Source: an uncultured delta proteobacterium (GTDB lineage Bacteria > Myxococcota_A > Polyangia > Polyangiales > Houyiibacteriaceae). Taken from it: 64,000 nucleotides of DNA. A program made the translations under genes and the position numbers. The notes beneath the pieces are model-generated. The model saw only the letters and a list, made by a program, of their open reading frames with translations. It made no database searches and was not told the DNA's origin. Shown here one piece after another: positions 27,946 to 38,963 of this stretch. Position 1 is the first letter of the stretch. Every line of letters begins with the position of its first letter. The stretch is from assembly GCA_963699755.1 (NCBI GenBank), contig CAVOVB010000003.1, positions 1 to 64,000 of the forward strand, read 5' to 3'.

Positions 27946-29520
27946 TCAGTCCTGGTCGGGCACGGAGTCCAGGTCTTCGGAATGCCCACGGTCTTCCTCG
28001 GGTTGCACCGCCCGGTCGACGTCCGCGTCGGGCTCGCCTTCGTCCAGCGCCTGAACCTCTCGCATCATCTCTTCCATGGTGGGCATTTCGTCCTCTTCAC
28101 CGTCGTTGCCGTCCGCGTCATCCGAGCCCAGCTCCGTTCCGGCTTCATCTCCCATGATGACCCTAGCGAGACCGATCGACAGCGCTGGATACCAAGTGAT
28201 GAGGGCGAGCCCAATCAACATGAGTCCGACGAATGGAAGGACGCTTCGTATGATGTGCCCCAACCCTTTCCCGTAGAGGGCGGATGCCACGAAAAGGTTC
28301 AACCCGACCGGTGGCGTGAGGTAGCCGATCTCGAGGTTGACGATGAAGATGATGCCGAAGTGCACCGGGTCGACCCCCATCGATGCCGCGACAGGAGCCA
28401 AGAGGGGAACGAAGATGAACATCGCGCTCAGAATGTCCATCAACATTCCGACCGCGAACAGCAAGACGTTCAGCAGCAGGAGGAACTGCCCATAGCTGAG
28501 GTCCTTGGCCTCAATCCATTCAACCACCTTCGCCGGAATGTCCTCTTTGTTGAGGAACTCCCCGAGCGCGAGCGCCATGACCATGATGACGAGGAAGGAA
28601 CCGAGAAACACACCCGTTTGACCGAAGATGGCCGGTATGTTCTTGAGGTCGAGGGCCCGATGAAGCCAAACTTCCACCACGATCGCATAGATCACGCTGA
28701 TCGCAGAGGCTTCGACCGCATTGAAAATGCCTCCGTAGATGCCCCCGAGGATCAGAACCGGGAACAGTAGCGCCCAGAATCCATCGCGGGTCGCTGCCAT
28801 CACCTTCTGGAAGCGGAACGCTTGGGTCGGGATCTTGTACACCAAGCCTTCGTAAAAAGAGTAGCCGATCAAGATCGAACCCATGACGAGGCCGGGGCCT
28901 AAGCCCGAAGCGAAAAGGCGCTCGACTTCGATCACCTCGGTCTGGTTGACAATCGGGTAGATGATCATCGGGATCGAGGGGGGAATCAGGATTCCGAGCG
29001 AGCCGGCAGAAGTAAGCAGGCCGTGCGAGAACCGTTCGTGATAGCCGGCCACGATCAAAGCGGGTCCCATCATCGAGCCGATGGCGACGACGGTTGCGGG
29101 GCTGGAGCCGCTGATCGCGGCAAAGAGCATACACGCGATGACGGCGCTCATCGCCATCCCACCGGGGAGCCATCCGATGAGAGCCTGAGCGAAGTCGATG
29201 AGACGCCGGCTGATCTGCCCCTCGCTCATGATCGCACCGCTCATGATGAAGAACGGGATCGCGAGCAGCGTCGGGCTGTCCGCGAGGCTTCGAATGCCTT
29301 CGATGACGATCGAAAACTGGTTGAGCTCTCGGAAATCACTCCACAAGTAGAGGCTTCCGAGCGTGCCCAAGCCCATAAGGACGAACAGTGGTGAGCCCGC
29401 GAGAGCCGCCGCGAGGATCACCGCCGCGAGGATGCCGCCTTTCCCGAGAAACGGAAGGAACACGATGATGGCCACAAAGATGAGGAATGGCAGCTTTGGC
29501 TCTTTGGCTTCGCTCGTCAT
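27946..29520 (-). CDS. dctM: TRAP transporter large permease
   Basis: LLAIPFF, AISGSSPAT, GILIPPSIPMI, GYLTPPVGLNLF. Confidence 0.93.
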   Translation of the reverse strand: MTSEAKEPKLPFLIFVAIIVFLPFLGKGGILAAVILAAALAGSPLFVLMGLGTLGSLYLWSDFRELNQFSIVIEGIRSLADSPTLLAIPFFIMSGAIMSEGQISRRLIDFAQALIGWLPGGMAMSAVIACMLFAAISGSSPATVVAIGSMMGPALIVAGYHERFSHGLLTSAGSLGILIPPSIPMIIYPIVNQTEVIEVERLFASGLGPGLVMGSILIGYSFYEGLVYKIPTQAFRFQKVMAATRDGFWALLFPVLILGGIYGGIFNAVEASAISVIYAIVVEVWLHRALDLKNIPAIFGQTGVFLGSFLVIMVMALALGEFLNKEDIPAKVVEWIEAKDLSYGQFLLLLNVLLFAVGMLMDILSAMFIFVPLLAPVAASMGVDPVHFGIIFIVNLEIGYLTPPVGLNLFVASALYGKGLGHIIRSVLPFVGLMLIGLALITWYPALSIGLARVIMGDEAGTELGSDDADGNDGEEDEMPTMEEMMREVQALDEGEPDADVDRAVQPEEDRGHSEDLDSVPDQD

Positions 29521-30333
29521 GGCGCTTCCTGCTTCTTGGCCTGCGCAGCAGCAAGCACAGCTTCTTCTTCGGGGGTGACGCCGTACGACCCCCCTAGGAT
29601 CGCGCTGAGGGCAGCGCTGACGTAGCGAACGGTCGTCATCGCAAACGCCGCCGGAACTGCAATGCTTGCGACCCAATCAGGAATGTTGGTTTGCTCGAAG
29701 CGTCCCTCCAGGGTGAGTGCTTCTTTCGCATAAGCGTAGGCGAGCAGCGCCATGAACAGGCAGAAGCCTGCGGTCATGAGGTAGCCCAGCGCCTGGACCC
29801 ACTGTGAGAACGAGGGGGGAACGATCCGTTTCAACGCGCCCAGCTGGATGTGCTTTCCTTCGTGCGCGCACACGCTCGCCCCGAGGAAGCCCACCCAGAG
29901 CAACATGATCAAGGACAACTCCTTGGACCAGCTGTATCCGTCGGGGAAATAGTTCACCGCGACAACGAAAAACAGCGCCGTCACGACGAAGGCGAAGAGC
30001 TTGGTTCCCTGGTTCCGCCGCATGGGCCTCCGCCGTCCAAAACGCGTAGTATACAAGCCCGACGGCGACAATGGCCGTCACGATCGGTCCGATTGTCGTC
30101 AGCAGCCGCATCGACTCGGGGTCTTCGATCCCGAGAATGCGTGCCGCGAGCTCGGCCCCCTTGCTGTCTGGTGCAGCGAGCCTCCGGTACACCACGTCTA
30201 AAAAGACCATCACGGCCGAGGCGCCGAGGAACGTCCAGAGGACGCCCATCTCGATTGCAAAGATCGCGTCGTCGATGCGCCGAAGCACGCCAAACCGACC
30301 ATCACACAAGTTGTCGCCATCCAGTGTTTCCAC
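29517..30333 (-). pseudogene. dctQ: TRAP small permease, frame broken near 30010
   Basis: N-part in ORF 29677-30333; WSKELS..LWVGFLGAS..HI in ORF 29517-30071; no dctP nearby. Confidence 0.75.
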
Positions 30334-30359
30334 GGCGCGGACGGTACGCCCGTGTGAAA

Positions 30360-30520
30360 TTACAGATCCGGCAAGACCAGGCTGGCCTCACCCCCGTGTT
30401 TCGGTTGGTCATGATCAGCTCCCTGCGCATGGGCGACCAGCGCCGGTGCAACCAGGATCAGCAGACCGAGAAGGCAAACCGAGATCAGCGCAACCCTGCG
30501 GGACGCCCGCGCACCGCCAT
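30360..30520 (-). pseudogene. 5' stump of membrane ion-pumping pyrophosphatase
   Basis: Signal peptide + HGGEASLVLPDL, recalled as the long-form HppA N-terminus. Confidence 0.5.
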
Positions 30521-30652
30521 GACAAACGCATCCTCGACCTCCATACGATGAGCGGTTAGCTCCCAGGCGAGAATCGCTCTCTGCCGGGTTCTGGTGGCGC
30601 GCATCCGAGCGTCCGAGTACCAGAAACTTGGCGCTTAGCAATGCGGAGGGGT

Positions 30653-31207
30653 TTAGGGGTCCATCGGCCCATGGGGTAGGCCTCGTGCCTCGCGAAGGTG
30701 ACGGACTGCGTTGATCGCCCAGCGTGTGGAAAAATACGCGGGAAGTCCGACGATGAGGCCGCAGAGTATCCCTCCCAGCCAAAGCTCTCCGGCGGCGGTG
30801 CCCAGCAGCGCGAGCATCTGGGTCCAGAACCCCTGATCGAGCAGCTGCGAGAGGCCTTCGTCGCGCAGTGTCTGACTCGTGTCGCCAAGCCAGGCCCTGA
30901 TCGTGGCACTCGTGACCACCGTCTTGGGATTCAACAGAGCAGCGCCGACCCACCAGGTGATATAGGTGACGGGAACCGCCGTAAATGGATTGCTGACGAA
31001 CAAGATGGGAATCCCAGCTACCTTGTTCGCGCGCAGGGCAGTCGCCAGTAGCAGGTAGATGACGATCTGAAAACCGGGAGTCGGCGTGAATGCCACGACC
31101 GAGCCGAGAAATACACCGGAAGCAATTCGATGGGGCGTGTCATCGAGGTGGAGGATGCGGTGGATGACGAGTTGCTGGAGACGTCGCCACAGGTTTGTCG
31201 CAGTCAT
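30653..31207 (-). CDS. DUF2062 family membrane protein
   Basis: DTPHRIA.G..LG..P.PGFQ..RAN..SNPFT. Confidence 0.85.
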   Translation of the reverse strand: MTATNLWRRLQQLVIHRILHLDDTPHRIASGVFLGSVVAFTPTPGFQIVIYLLLATALRANKVAGIPILFVSNPFTAVPVTYITWWVGAALLNPKTVVTSATIRAWLGDTSQTLRDEGLSQLLDQGFWTQMLALLGTAAGELWLGGILCGLIVGLPAYFSTRWAINAVRHLREARGLPHGPMDP

Positions 31208-31315
31208 CTGGGCTCTTGCGATGCGTCGAGGATTTTGGTTCCGGCTCCCATGCTTACCACGCCGGGCCGCGGCCCGCCGCCTGGTTCGGCTGCATCCGTT
31301 CCCAGTGCGCCCTGG

Positions 31316-32167
31316 CTACCAACGTATCCAACCAGCATAGGTGGTGAGTAGAATTACCCCTCCGAATGCGATCCGGTACCAAGCGAACGGGACGAAGTCA
31401 TGCGAGCCGACGTAGTGGATGAGCCAACGGATGCACAGTACCGCGGCGACGAACGAAAAAAGAAGACCGATGGCGAAGAGCACCGCGTCGGCGGCGACCA
31501 GGTGCTCGCGTTCCTGGTAGATCGAGTACACGGCGGCGCTGATCAGCGTGGGGATCGCGAGATAGAAGCTGAACTCCGTGGCGGCTTTTCGCGAAAAGCC
31601 CAACAGCATTCCGCCGATGATGGTTGCGCCCGAACGGCTGGTTCCCGGAATCATCGCAACACACTGGATAAGTCCAAGCTTGAGCGCGTCGAGAGGACGT
31701 ATGTCGTCGATCCTTTCGATCCGCGCGCGACGCGCACCGGCGAGATCGAGCGCACCGAATGCGCGCCTGTGCCGCGCCTCGACCCACAAGATGACCAACC
31801 CGCCGGCCACGAACGAAGCGGCCACCGGCACCGGCGCGAAAAGAAGAGTCTCGATCAGTCTGTAGAACAAGAGACCGGCGATTACCGAAGGAACGAACGC
31901 GACGACCACGTTGAGCGCAAAGCGTTGCGAAGCGGGGACGCTCGCGATGCCCGCCAGCGTGCCCAACAGGCGCCGTCGGTACTCCCAGATCACCGCGAGC
32001 ATGGCCCCGCTTTGGATTGCGATCTCGAACGTCTTGGCGTCGTCGCCCTGGAAGTCGAGCAGCGACGCGGCCACGATCAGGTGGCCGGTCGAAGAGATCG
32101 GCAGGAATTCGGTCAGGCCTTCCACGATGCCGAGGATCGCGGCCTTGAAGAGTTCGAGAGTGTCCAA
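31316..32167 (-). CDS. uppP: Undecaprenyl-diphosphate phosphatase
   Basis: [35 protein letters not shown]. Confidence 0.95.
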   Translation of the reverse strand: MDTLELFKAAILGIVEGLTEFLPISSTGHLIVAASLLDFQGDDAKTFEIAIQSGAMLAVIWEYRRRLLGTLAGIASVPASQRFALNVVVAFVPSVIAGLLFYRLIETLLFAPVPVAASFVAGGLVILWVEARHRRAFGALDLAGARRARIERIDDIRPLDALKLGLIQCVAMIPGTSRSGATIIGGMLLGFSRKAATEFSFYLAIPTLISAAVYSIYQEREHLVAADAVLFAIGLLFSFVAAVLCIRWLIHYVGSHDFVPFAWYRIAFGGVILLTTYAGWIRW

Positions 32168-32296
32168 TCGAGCGCCGGGGTCGGGTACGGGCGACGGAGA
32201 ACTAACACAAGAGCGCCCTCGACCGCCAGGCCGCTGCGTGAAAAGACGCCTGCTCGCCGATGCAGTCATGACCTGCGCCGTTTCGTCGGACCGTCG

Positions 32297-32510
32297 TCAC
32301 GCCGCAATCACCGCTTCCATCCGCACCCCGAATTCCACTGGACAACGCTGTGCGTATCGGGCCCCCGCAACCCATGTGCCCGGAATGAAGTGCTACCTAT
32401 CTCTCAGGAAGCACATTGACCGCTCTTCAAGGCCCTCGGTTTTCACCGGGGGCTTTGTCGTTCCGCCAAAGAAAAGGGCGTTTCCGCGAACGGTCCAGCG
32501 GGCCCGGTAG
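32297..32510 (-). repeat. LSR attR arm copy 4 (32297-32371, ..MEAVIAA*, TGA) joined to LSR 3' remnant
   Basis: Remnant YRARWTVRGNALFFGGTTKPP matches LSR C-terminus. Confidence 0.9.
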
Positions 32511-32529
32511 CCTAGAGATTGCGCCCGAC

Positions 32530-32886
32530 TCACGGATCGTTTGCCCGCGCTCGAGAAGCAACCCGGTGGTTTCCACCTGGGCCTTTGCGCGCTCGAGCCG
32601 GGTCTCTGCCGCGCGCAGCGTTGCCTGATACGGACGGGGTCACGAGGAGCGGCTGTCCTTCCTTGACCATGGTCCCATCGCGGAACTGAATCGACCGAAC
32701 GTACCCAGGAACGCGAGCACGGATCTCGACTGCGTGGAGCGCGCCTGCGCGGCCGGTGTACTGGTCCCACTCCCTCATCGTTTCGACCCTTGGCGTCGTC
32801 GTGGTCACCGCCGGCGGCTTCTGCGCTGGATCGTTGGCGGCCCCCTTGCATGCAAGAAGGACGACAGTTCCCCAGCCCAGAGACAT
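32530..32886 (-). pseudogene. RND membrane-fusion protein 5' stump
   Basis: WDQYTGR..VEIRARVPGY..FRDG..VKEGQPL then breaks. Confidence 0.75.
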
Positions 32887-33018
32887 CGGTGCACCGGATT
32901 CATTGGCCTCGCGACCCTTTCGGATTGGCCGCGTGCTCGATCTCCCACAGGGTCCGACGGTCGGCCAGAAGGCGACCAGAGCGAGAGCCGCTCTGGAGCG
33001 ACGGCTCCGCTCCAGCGG

Positions 33019-33804
33019 TTATTGGGCTGGCTCGCAGTACGCGTACACGATCGTTAGCGACTTGGCCAAGAGTGGGTACGTCGTGCCCGGAGATTCGTCG
33101 ACGTAACAGTTGGTCACGCCCGAGGTCCCGGTGACCGTCGCCGTGATCGGGCCATCGGCAGGATTGATGCCCGTGAAGATGAGCTCGCCCCATCCCTGAC
33201 TCACTATGATTCCCGGTTGGACCACGGGAAGGCATTCGGGGTCATCGGGATTGAAGGTGAAGGGATCATCGCTGCTCGCGCTAATCGTGCCTGTTTCTCC
33301 ACCCTGGGGCCCATCGTAGAAGGAGATCACCACGATGCTGTCAGTGTCGCTGATCGTGCGTGAGAGCTCCGTTTCGTAGAGGTCGATCTCCGCTTGCGGG
33401 GTCACGCCGAGATAAACGTCGCCTTGCGTCTCCGCGGGTACCTCGTAGTAGTCGACGATGCCCCAGTTTCCACCTGCCGAGGTGGTAAAGAAGACATCTC
33501 CATTCGGTACGCCTTGCAGCGTGAACGCCGCGTTCGAATCGCTCGTCGTGGAAAGCGAGGTATCGTAGACGCCCACCGCCGCTCCGGGAATCGGGTCACC
33601 GAAAGAGCACCCGCGAGTTTCCACAAAGCCGCTCACGGTCGACGTGCCTCCGGTCCCTGCCATTCCACCGGTCCCGGCGGTTCCACCGGTGCCGGCGGTT
33701 CCGGCAGTTCCATCGCTTCCGCCTCCGCCGTTGCCGCCCCCCCCGCATGCCGCTGCCACAAGCGCACAGAGCGCAACCCCGATCACCTTGGCTGGAATTT
33801 GCAT
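33019..33804 (-). CDS. Lipoprotein with carboxypeptidase-regulatory-like domain
   Basis: Lipobox AAAC, GTAGTG linker, PIPGAAV..TTSD..FTLQGVP. Confidence 0.8.
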   Translation of the reverse strand: MQIPAKVIGVALCALVAAACGGGGNGGGGSDGTAGTAGTGGTAGTGGMAGTGGTSTVSGFVETRGCSFGDPIPGAAVGVYDTSLSTTSDSNAAFTLQGVPNGDVFFTTSAGGNWGIVDYYEVPAETQGDVYLGVTPQAEIDLYETELSRTISDTDSIVVISFYDGPQGGETGTISASSDDPFTFNPDDPECLPVVQPGIIVSQGWGELIFTGINPADGPITATVTGTSGVTNCYVDESPGTTYPLLAKSLTIVYAYCEPAQ

Positions 33805-34039
33805 GAACACACCCTCCCTGCCTTTACCGATGGCACAAACCACTGCATCAGACGTGCCAAGCGCTCCCGGCCCTCTTTGGCCACGATTACCCCGAAAATC
33901 CTCAGGAATTCCAAGGAAAGCCGATGGGGAAAGGCGCAGAATCTACGGCGGCGCAAGAGTTGCGCCGGCCGCGAACGCGGCCACCCCCCTCGGGACTTGC
34001 AAGGATATAAGCGACTCCGCCACGCGGGAAGGAGCCGCA

Positions 34040-34290
34040 GTGATCAAGTTCGTACAGTGCGTTCGCCGTCAGCCACGCCTTTCGCAACAAGAGTTTCGCG
34101 ATCAATGGTCCAATTACGCGGATAAGGTGAAAGCGGTGGCCGAAGCTTTCCACGCCAAGCGATGGGTGCTGAGCACCGCCCCCGTCGTCGACCAGAACTT
34201 GGACATCATGCAATCGCCCGGCACGAAGGCGCCCTACGATGGGATGGTCGAGATTTGGTGGAATCACGGTCGCGACGTCGCAAGGCCGAA
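34040..34290 (+). pseudogene. EthD-like fragment
   Basis: IKFVQCVRR.P.LSQQEF..W; PYDGMVEIWW. Confidence 0.6.
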
Positions 34291-34401
34291 ATCTCGCAGA
34301 AGCACGTTGATGCAGGACGCGCCGTCGTCAGTAGCTCGCCGAAAACCCGAACCGATCTCGAAAGCGTAGCCCGCGAGGTCGTAGTTGTAGAAAGCGGGCA
34401 G

Positions 34402-34615
34402 GGATGATCACGGTCGGGCGGTTGCACTGAGATGTGTATCACGAACCACGCGACGACGTTGTTGGCGACATCGCTCAGCGAGTGAAGCGCATCGCCCAAG
34501 ACCGCGAGCGACCCCGTGGACAAACCGACGATCAGCTTCATACCAAGCACGGCGATGTTGGCCAGACCTTCGATGATGAGGATTCGCCCGACTTGGCCTG
34601 CTGCGTCCGGGAACA
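34402..34615 (-). pseudogene. CDF cation transporter 5' stump
   Basis: KLIVGLSTGSLAVLGDALHSLSD..PPDRDHP. Confidence 0.8.
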
Positions 34616-34623
34616 TTCTGGAG

Positions 34624-36070
34624 TCACGGCGGCGCATTCGTGACAGCCGTGATAACACTCATGGTTCGCTGAGCCGGTAGAGCGCAAGCGCGACAGGATT
34701 CAGTTCGGTTTGCCTCTATCCTCGCTCGGCGAGTCTGATGTCGGGCGGCCGTGAGGCGGTCTCCGACCCGATCGGCTTGATCGAAGTAGACCTCGTCGGG
34801 CGTTTGTCCATCGAAAGCGTGATGGGGCATTTTCGTTTTGTGCCCGTTGACGTAGAAATCGATGAACTGCTCGAGCTGCGTGAAGCTTTCGAGCGAATGC
34901 AGGTAGAGCCATTGGTGGCGCAGAGAACGCCAGAATGCTTCGATCATGGAATTGCTGAAACTGACCTCGACCTGGGCAAGCACACGGCGGCCGATCCCGT
35001 CGGCCATCAGTTGGTCGATTCCGGTGTTGACGTTCTCCACGCCAGAATCGGCGACGGCGGTTGGCGTGTGGTCGAGATTCTTGGCGGTCTCCTTCAGGAT
35101 TTCGCACGTCGTTGTGGGTGCGAGCCGTTTCGCAAGGCGCCACGACAAGATCCGGCACGAGAAGTTGTCGATAACGGCATGCAGGTAGCATTTCGTGTCA
35201 TCGAGAAGTCGGATGACGGTGACGTCGATGTGCCAGTACTCGTTGGGGTACGCTGCCCGGATGCCGGTCTTGGGCTTTTCAGGATACACGCGGCAACGCG
35301 GTCTTCACCAACCACGTTGCCGGACGAGCTTGGCCCAGGTTGTCACCGATGCGAAAACTTGGCCGGCTCTCTGCGCATAGGGGGACAGAGCTCGAAGCGG
35401 CATGTACCGATACTCGGCAGCGGTGACCATCTCCTTGATGGTGCTCACCTCGGTGGGGGTGAGTTGCGTTGGATGAGAGCGCGGACAGCTTGATCAGTCG
35501 TCGAGCTCACAGCGTTTGTCGGCTCGCTTCCAAGCGTGATAGCGAGCTGGCGAGAGGCGCACCAGGCGCAGCGAGGACTTGAGGAAGGGTGCCTTTGCAG
35601 CGGTCGACTGCACGCAGAATCTTGGCCTTGGCGGCTCCGTCGGGCAACCGCTGCCCATCGAGACGAAACCCCGAGAGCTTGAGGAGCACGACAAGTAGCC
35701 GAATGATGGCGGTCTGCCGCTCGACACGGCGCCTGAGCTTGTCGTTTTCGTCCAATACCGACGCGATGTCGTGGTTCCACTCGAGGGAGACCATGCTCGG
35801 GCGTCCGCGTGACAGCCAGCTGGCGGTTGTCGACCGCGGGATGCGAAAGTGCTGAAAGATCCGTGGGTTACCTGTCCGGCAGACGATCTCTCGGATCCGA
35901 TGGTCATAGCTACGACGGCTTCGCAGGGGCTGCGGCATGGCTCAGTGTCTGGCACACTCGGCTTTGCCGAGCGAATTCGGACTCGGTGGGGAGGGCGATT
36001 TCCCGTTTGATTGCCTGGGTGTCGCAGTTGCGAACAGGGGCCTTGTGAATGTCTGTGGACGCAGCAGGGT
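34624..36070 (-). mobile_element. DDE (rve) transposase element, disrupted by frameshift and in-frame stops; CDS 34624-35938
   Basis: WHIDVT..IDNFS..DSGVEN..NSMIEAFW..PH..GQTP. Confidence 0.85.
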
Positions 36071-36124
36071 TAAGCGCTTCCGGCGTCGTTTGCCAGAACG
36101 GTGTCGGGTCGTGTCGAGCAGTCC

Positions 36125-36538
36125 ATGGAGACGTATCGAGGGATCGTATACCCGAGCCAGCTCGACCACATGGGGCACATGAACGTCCAGTGGTATGTGG
36201 CCAAGTTCGACGAGGCCACATGGAGCCTGTCCTCCCAGCTCGGAATCACCAGTGAGTACATTCGCGATCGCAATCGCGGGATCGCGGCCGTCGAGCAGAA
36301 AATACACTACCGTCACGAGGCCCTGGCTGGCGACCTCCTGGTCATCAACTCCACCGTGCTCGAGATGAAGGAAAAGGCGATTCGGTTTCGGCACGTCATG
36401 CGTCATGCCGAAACCCTCAAAGAACTCGCGGACACGGAGCTCGTGGGGGTTCACTTCGATCGGATCACACGGAAGTCGATACCGTTTCCCGAGGCTATCT
36501 ATGAAGCTGGGCGGGTCGCGAGCAGAACCGGACGATGA
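36125..36538 (+). CDS. Acyl-CoA thioesterase (hotdog fold)
   Basis: DHMGHMNVQWY..FDEA. Confidence 0.88.
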   Translation: METYRGIVYPSQLDHMGHMNVQWYVAKFDEATWSLSSQLGITSEYIRDRNRGIAAVEQKIHYRHEALAGDLLVINSTVLEMKEKAIRFRHVMRHAETLKELADTELVGVHFDRITRKSIPFPEAIYEAGRVASRTGR

Positions 36539-36662
36539 CCCATGAATCGGCCACAACTGCCACTGTGATCGCTTGGGCTGCGCGGCCGCAGCAGCGCCCG
36601 GCAATTCTCAAAGCAGTTGCGGTGCTAGCGTCAAGAGCGCTCGAGCACTGAGCGACAGGAGT

Positions 36663-37055
36663 ATGGCCATGGACGAAGCTACGATGTATCAGGTCGCGCA
36701 ACACACGCTGGACGCGTGGAGTCGACAAGACGTGGAGGAGGTACTCGCCTGCTACACCTCGGATCTAGTTTATGTCGATCCGAACACGCGCGGCCCGGTT
36801 GAAGGGGTCGATGGGATGAGGCGCTATCTGACCAACTTGTTCGGGCAATGGGACATGACCTGGCGCCTCAAGGAAGCTCATCTCTTTGGCAGCGGAGACG
36901 GTTGCGCAGTCCTCTGGGAGGCCACTTTGAGGCGTACAGGAGCCGAAAGAGAGGCAATCATCAACGGGATGGATCTAGTCATCGTGCGCGGGAAGCTGAT
37001 TTCGCGAAACGAAGTCTATTTTGACCGCGTGTTGCTCGCGCCCCTGATGGGGTAG
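36663..37055 (+). CDS. SnoaL/NTF2-like protein
   Basis: AWS..DVE..CYT.D..YVDP..GMD..NEVYFD. Confidence 0.85.
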   Translation: MAMDEATMYQVAQHTLDAWSRQDVEEVLACYTSDLVYVDPNTRGPVEGVDGMRRYLTNLFGQWDMTWRLKEAHLFGSGDGCAVLWEATLRRTGAEREAIINGMDLVIVRGKLISRNEVYFDRVLLAPLMG

Positions 37056-37196
37056 TACGGTCGCGCCTGCTCGATGCTGTGCGTCCCCGGCCCCCTCGGT
37101 CGGATCTTTCGGGTTCGAGTCCGCGTTGCAGCGTCTCTTCGAGAGTTGCGTGTCCCGCGCCGGAGCACCTACGATCTAGTGTAAAGGTTTCAACCA

Positions 37197-38144
37197 ATGA
37201 TCGATTCCACGCAAGACGACGAGAAGGTCCAGTCGTTCTGCGTTCGGAAATCCGGCTATTATCGCGACAAATGGAAGAAGTTCGACGAGAAGCCTGGCTC
37301 GATCACGAGCTTCAATCTGGCGGCATGCGTAGGCCAGTTGGTATGGCTTGCCTATAGAAAGCTCTATATGCCCCTGCTCTGGGCGGCGGTCGTTTCCATC
37401 GCGTGCGCGTCGCTAAGGAGCTGCGTCGAACACGAGCAATTCATATCGGGGAACTTGGTCGCGGCGTGGGATTTGTTCGCCGTGTTTCTGTACCTCGCTG
37501 TTTTCGGTCTTCTCGGTAACTACTGGTATTGGCGAAAGTTCCGACAGGTCGCCCAGCAAGCAGCTCTCCGAGAATCGGACAGAGACGCGCAACTTCGTTT
37601 TATTCAATCCAAAGGTGGCACTAGCACGGTTGCCGCATGGGTCGTGCTTGTGCTGCTGCTCATGCCGGCCTCCTACTGGGGCGTATACCAGGCAAGCCGG
37701 ATCGACGACTCGGCGTTTGTTCTTCAAGCGACAGGTCCGCTGACTCTCGCCGAGGTCGAGGCGAACTTCCTCGCTTTCATGGATGAGCCGCTGGCTGGCG
37801 AGCGCAAGCAGTGCGTCTTCAGAGAGGTAACGGAGCGCGCTCGTGTAGCCGGGGATCCGGAGGCGCTGGACCCGGCGGCGGTCGAGCTTCTCCCGGCCGA
37901 CGGATGGGATCAGCTGGATCCGTCTGGCAAGCGCCTCATCCTGGCACAGGCGATAGGCACGAAGGCCTTCTTCGTCTGCAAATGGCCTTCCCCCGGGGCT
38001 TCGGCCACTGAAAACCTGGCAGACAAGTTGCCCGCGAAACCGCCCGAGAGTCTTCGGAATCGGGGGCTACGAAGCAATCACCGCTTCCATCGGCACCCCG
38101 AATTCCACTGGACAACGCTGTGCGTATGCGGCCCTCGCAACTAA
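37197..38144 (+). CDS. DUF2628-like membrane protein; 3' end runs into attR arm
   Basis: YY..KW..SFNLAA..WLAYRKLY..GNYWY..KGGTS. Confidence 0.7.
   Translation: MIDSTQDDEKVQSFCVRKSGYYRDKWKKFDEKPGSITSFNLAACVGQLVWLAYRKLYMPLLWAAVVSIACASLRSCVEHEQFISGNLVAAWDLFAVFLYLAVFGLLGNYWYWRKFRQVAQQAALRESDRDAQLRFIQSKGGTSTVAAWVVLVLLLMPASYWGVYQASRIDDSAFVLQATGPLTLAEVEANFLAFMDEPLAGERKQCVFREVTERARVAGDPEALDPAAVELLPADGWDQLDPSGKRLILAQAIGTKAFFVCKWPSPGASATENLADKLPAKPPESLRNRGLRSNHRFHRHPEFHWTTLCVCGPRN
38067..38141 (-). repeat. LSR attR arm copy 5 (..MEAVIAS*)
   Basis: 75-bp repeat, one core mismatch. Confidence 0.88.
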
Positions 38145-38402
38145 TCAAAACGAGCAGCTGGCGATCATGCGCTCCGTGCTCGTTTTTCGTATCGACGCCT
38201 ATTTGACATCAGCAATGGCAACGTGCGCTCAAACGCAGTCGGCATCGCGCAGCAACGATCAATTTTCCAAGCGTTTTCGCGACACCGGTTCGACGCTCGC
38301 GCGACCTTCCGGGTGCATGGCCCGAAGGTCGGATGGGTCACGAAGTGGTGCGATTCGCGGGAGATGAGACGCGGGAGTCTTGCGACCTTCGGCCCGAAGG
38401 TC
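38142..38402 (+). repeat. Integrase-less left arm (type 3) copy 2
   Basis: Homologous to 6890-7163. Confidence 0.8.
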
Positions 38403-38963
38403 TTCCTCGCACGTGAAAACCGCAGCGCCTCTAGTCACGAGTGCCTACACGACGCGGGTAGATACGGTCTCGCTGCTCGGTCACGCGACGCTGACGCCCG
38501 GTTCGGCGGTTTGCGTGGAGGCTCAACTACTGATGAAGGCCGGTGCTGCTCTTGGCATCTCGCCCTCCACATCGCCGCACGGGAAAAGCAGCGAAGTGGA
38601 GTGCGTCGTACGTCTGCCCACCGTGGGCTAGTTCGGTCAAACTCGCGCAGGATTCCAAGGCTCACAGCGCCGCCGCCGTAGACATCGCGGACCTGGATTC
38701 TACTTTGGCTGGGAGATGGTGTCTTCTCGACCACATAGAGGTTGCCGTTCGTAGCTACACCAGCACCGAGCAGAGAGAACGGCACGGGCAGCGCACCGAT
38801 TAGAAACGATCGCGGCTTTCGCGGTCGACGATCGTGCCTCTTAGCCCATCTGGTGCATGTAGAGAGCCGAATTGCGCGGCACTGAATGCTATGTCGCCTG
38901 GCGCGCGAACCTGAAAGGGCGTTTATAGGGACCGGGAGCCTCGTGCACCGAGGGAAGGTTGTC

